From Acutalibacteraceae bacterium (lineage in GTDB: Bacteria; Bacillota; Clostridia; Oscillospirales; Acutalibacteraceae), in NCBI GenBank assembly GCA_045634065.1, contig JAZQZO010000030.1:3808-67807 (forward strand): 64,000 nucleotides of DNA, given 5' to 3'. Positions 62,279-64,000 of the stretch are shown here, one piece after another; the first letter of the stretch is position 1; each line of letters starts with the position of its first letter. Made by a program: the position numbers and the translations under genes. The notes beneath the pieces are model-generated. The model saw nothing but the letters and a program-made list of their open reading frames with translations. It had not been told where the DNA came from and did not search any database.

Positions 62279-62333
62279 TTGACATTTTCTTGATATTCTC
62301 TTGACATTTTCTTACAATTATGTTATAATTCCC
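62279..62333. repeat. Five helically phased 11-bp repeats (centromere/operator-like)
   Basis: TTGACATTTTC / TTGATATTCTC / TTGACATTTTC / TTACAATTATG / TTATAATTCCC, starting right after the RHH gene's stop. Confidence 0.7.
62301..62329 (+). promoter_or_regulatory. Consensus sigma-A promoter with extended -10
   Basis: TTGACA (62301-62306), 17 nt ending in TGT, TATAAT (62324-62329). Confidence 0.7.
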
Positions 62334-62335
62334 TT

Positions 62336-62552
62336 ACTCTTTAACGATTCGGTTCTGTGTTCTTGCTTGGGCAAGGTTACAGCACAGAACCCAAACACAA
62401 AAGCAATAGGGAGCAAACAACGACGTGCTTAACCGAATCCGTCTTGTTCCCGTTTGAGTGATTTTTGCATAAATGTATCCTTTCTGAATATTAAAAACCA
62501 CCATTTTGAGAGCCGTGTCGATTCGGTTGGGTCTCTCAGATGGTGGTTTTTT
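62336..62552 (+). ncRNA. Candidate ~215-nt structured non-coding RNA (unknown class)
   Basis: It is bounded by the consensus promoter and a strong terminator (AAAACCACCAT 62494-62504 with ATGGTGGTTTT 62540-62550, then a T-run). There is no ATG ORF with an RBS. It contains the hairpin GGTTCTGTG...CACAGAACC (62351-62391) and CGATTCGGTT x2 with the complement AACCGAATC. Confidence 0.45.
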
Positions 62553-62603
62553 CCTTCACAATTTTTCAAAACAAACTTCATATTTTAAATTTACTATTTT
62601 CAT

Positions 62604-62628
62604 ATAATAAAAGGGAACATTGGTTCCC
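62604..62628 (-). terminator. Intrinsic terminator of the integrase gene
   Basis: On the minus strand: GGGAAC-caat-GTTCCC, then TTTTATTAT, immediately after the stop at 62633. Confidence 0.6.
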
Positions 62629-62632
62629 CTCT

Positions 62633-64000
62633 TTATACAAAAGACCATTGTATATTGACATCTCCCCCGTCAATAACAACCGTGTCGATGAGTTGCCGGA
62701 TGATGTGCCTTTTTCTTTCAAACTGAATATCATCCCAATTGATACCTCGAAGCATCAGCTTCACGCCTTCAATGTGAAAACTTCGGTACGGGTTTTCTGC
62801 TTCTGTCCCTAATCTTGGGGATAGCTCTAACTTTTTGTTATGCAGCACCTCAATCCGACTTGCAATCTCAGCTACCGGCACCTGGTCAGTTTTGTATAAA
62901 TCCATTAAGCGGTCAATTTCTGTGTTGATGCCGTTTAACTCCTCCTGAAGAATAGAAGAAGCGTTGGTAGAAGCAGAGTCCTTTGCGGCTCTGCATTTTT
63001 TTATGATTTCATTTATCTGTTGCGGATTTTCAATAAGGACTTTGATTTCATTTTCAACCAAATTTTCAAGCTCTGACTTTCTCCAATTATCATTCTTGCA
63101 GGTCCGATCCTTTATCATCTTTTTGTTTTTCTTCGCCCTGGAATGACAACAGTAGAACACATTGCCGTTCGGGTTCCTGTTGGCAAAATACCGGGCATTA
63201 CAGCGACCACAGCGGATGAAGCCTGTCAGCAGGTGCTCGCTCTCTTTCGGTTGAAAGTTATCCTTCTTATTCCGCTCCCTCATATATTGCACCCTTGCGA
63301 CTATCTTCGGACTTACAATGGCATCGTGGCTCTCCGGTGTTCGTGCCTCTTTGAAATGTACGGTCCCTGCATACAGCTCGTTATCGAGAACCCCGGCAAT
63401 GGTCTGCAGGTTGCTCCAATCGCCGTGCTTTGTCTTAAAGTCCTTCATTTTGATTGAGATGTCGGTCAGCGTGTGTCCGTGCAGATACATAGAGTAGACC
63501 ATCTGAACCTGCCGAGCTTCTTCCTTATTCACTTTCAGCTCACCGTCTATATAATCATATCCGATAGGGTGACTGCCGCCGCCGTGCCATTTCCCTTCTT
63601 TGGCTCTCCCGGTACGACCCATCATAGTTCTTTCTGTAATCTGTTCTCTTTCCAGTTGAGCAAAGACGGAGAGAATACCAATCATCGCTTTACCAAATGG
63701 TGTCGCTGTGTTGATGTTCTCCTGCATCGAAACGAAGTCCGTATCATTCGGAAGAAAAACATCCTCAATCAAATGAAGCGTATCTTTCTGAGAACGGGAG
63801 AGTCGGTCGAGCTTGTACACCAAGACGGCATCCGCTGTTTTCTTCCCCACCGCTTCCATCAGTGCCTGGATACCAGGTCTTTTGAGGTTCGATCCTGAAT
63901 GCCCTGGGTCCACATAAATGGCTACCACAATCCAACCGTGTGCCTTGCAGTAGGCCAGCAACCTTTCTTTCTGCTCTGCTATCGAATAGCCGTCCTCGAA
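62633..64000 (-). CDS. Large serine recombinase (integrase), 5' end beyond the window
   Basis: Resolvase-domain remnants (...VLVYKLDRLSRS...), a recombinase domain, a zinc ribbon CGRCNARYF...YCCHSR and a coiled-coil tail. The frame stays open to nt 64000 (…FEDGYSIAEQKERLLAYC). Confidence 0.9.
   Translation of the reverse strand, partial: FEDGYSIAEQKERLLAYCKAHGWIVVAIYVDPGHSGSNLKRPGIQALMEAVGKKTADAVLVYKLDRLSRSQKDTLHLIEDVFLPNDTDFVSMQENINTATPFGKAMIGILSVFAQLEREQITERTMMGRTGRAKEGKWHGGGSHPIGYDYIDGELKVNKEEARQVQMVYSMYLHGHTLTDISIKMKDFKTKHGDWSNLQTIAGVLDNELYAGTVHFKEARTPESHDAIVSPKIVARVQYMRERNKKDNFQPKESEHLLTGFIRCGRCNARYFANRNPNGNVFYCCHSRAKKNKKMIKDRTCKNDNWRKSELENLVENEIKVLIENPQQINEIIKKCRAAKDSASTNASSILQEELNGINTEIDRLMDLYKTDQVPVAEIASRIEVLHNKKLELSPRLGTEAENPYRSFHIEGVKLMLRGINWDDIQFERKRHIIRQLIDTVVIDGGDVNIQWSFV

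Larger units (their letters stand above)
1..64000. mobile_element. Temperate tailed phage (PBSX-like contractile tail) / phage-plasmid-like element; both window edges lie inside it
   Basis: Uninterrupted run of phage replication, packaging, head, sheath/tube/tape-measure/baseplate, fibre, lysis, switch, par and integrase genes. No host housekeeping genes seen. Confidence 0.85.

Noticed and set aside
62336-62552. tRNA, tmRNA or a known riboswitch at the int-proximal non-coding locus.
   Set aside because: There is no T-loop GTTCGAATC-type box, no acceptor/anticodon geometry, and no downstream ORF for a riboswitch to control. I kept it as an unclassified ncRNA candidate instead.
62540-62812. 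90-aa + strand ORF between the ncRNA terminator and the integrase.
   Set aside because: It starts inside the terminator hairpin, runs through the integrase terminator and then antisense to the integrase 3' end. It has no RBS.

Overview
The whole 64 kb window is one mobile element. It is a temperate, PBSX-like contractile-tailed phage, possibly a phage-plasmid hybrid, from a Firmicutes/Clostridia-type host. Both window edges fall inside the element, and almost every gene is on the + strand.

Layout:
- (i) 1-16.3 kb: early, replication and counter-restriction region. It holds SSB, a ParB-nuclease protein, an amidoligase+GGCT pair, YopX, a replication organizer with internal iterons, an AEP-type primase/Rep, RecU, DUF3846, two C5 methyltransferases and a ParB-fused N6/N4 methyltransferase.
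- (ii) 16.4-53.1 kb: packaging, head, tail and lysis. It holds TerS, a frame-broken TerL, portal, MuF fused to a zincin domain, XkdF protease, scaffold, DUF2190 decoration protein and major capsid protein. These are followed by sheath, tube, a chaperone with a canonical -1 frameshift, tape measure and an XkdP-U-like baseplate. Next come at least five fibre/spike/adhesin genes, two endolysins and a holin.
- (iii) 53.1-61.1 kb: a second early region of about 30 tiny genes, many of them zinc ribbons. It includes a switch region with the only other minus-strand gene and an XRE-HTH protein.
- (iv) 61.1-64.0 kb: ParA plus an RHH partner, 11-bp phased repeats, a consensus promoter driving a roughly 215-nt structured non-coding transcript, and a large serine recombinase on the minus strand that is cut by the window end.

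I saw no rRNA, tRNA, CRISPR array, transposase or reverse transcriptase.

All functional calls come from motif recognition by eye and gene order. No searches were run, so family names are hypotheses.

The most interesting items are:
- the amidoligase/GGCT module;
- the promoter-to-terminator ncRNA locus beside the par locus and integrase;
- a recurring CACAGAAA operator-like motif that links two paralogous early promoters, the switch and the ncRNA locus;
- candidate recoding events (chaperone -1, decoration-protein +1);
- a conserved-looking alternative reading frame inside the large C5 methyltransferase;
- three ORF breaks that all sit at short homopolymers, which points to assembly error or prophage decay.
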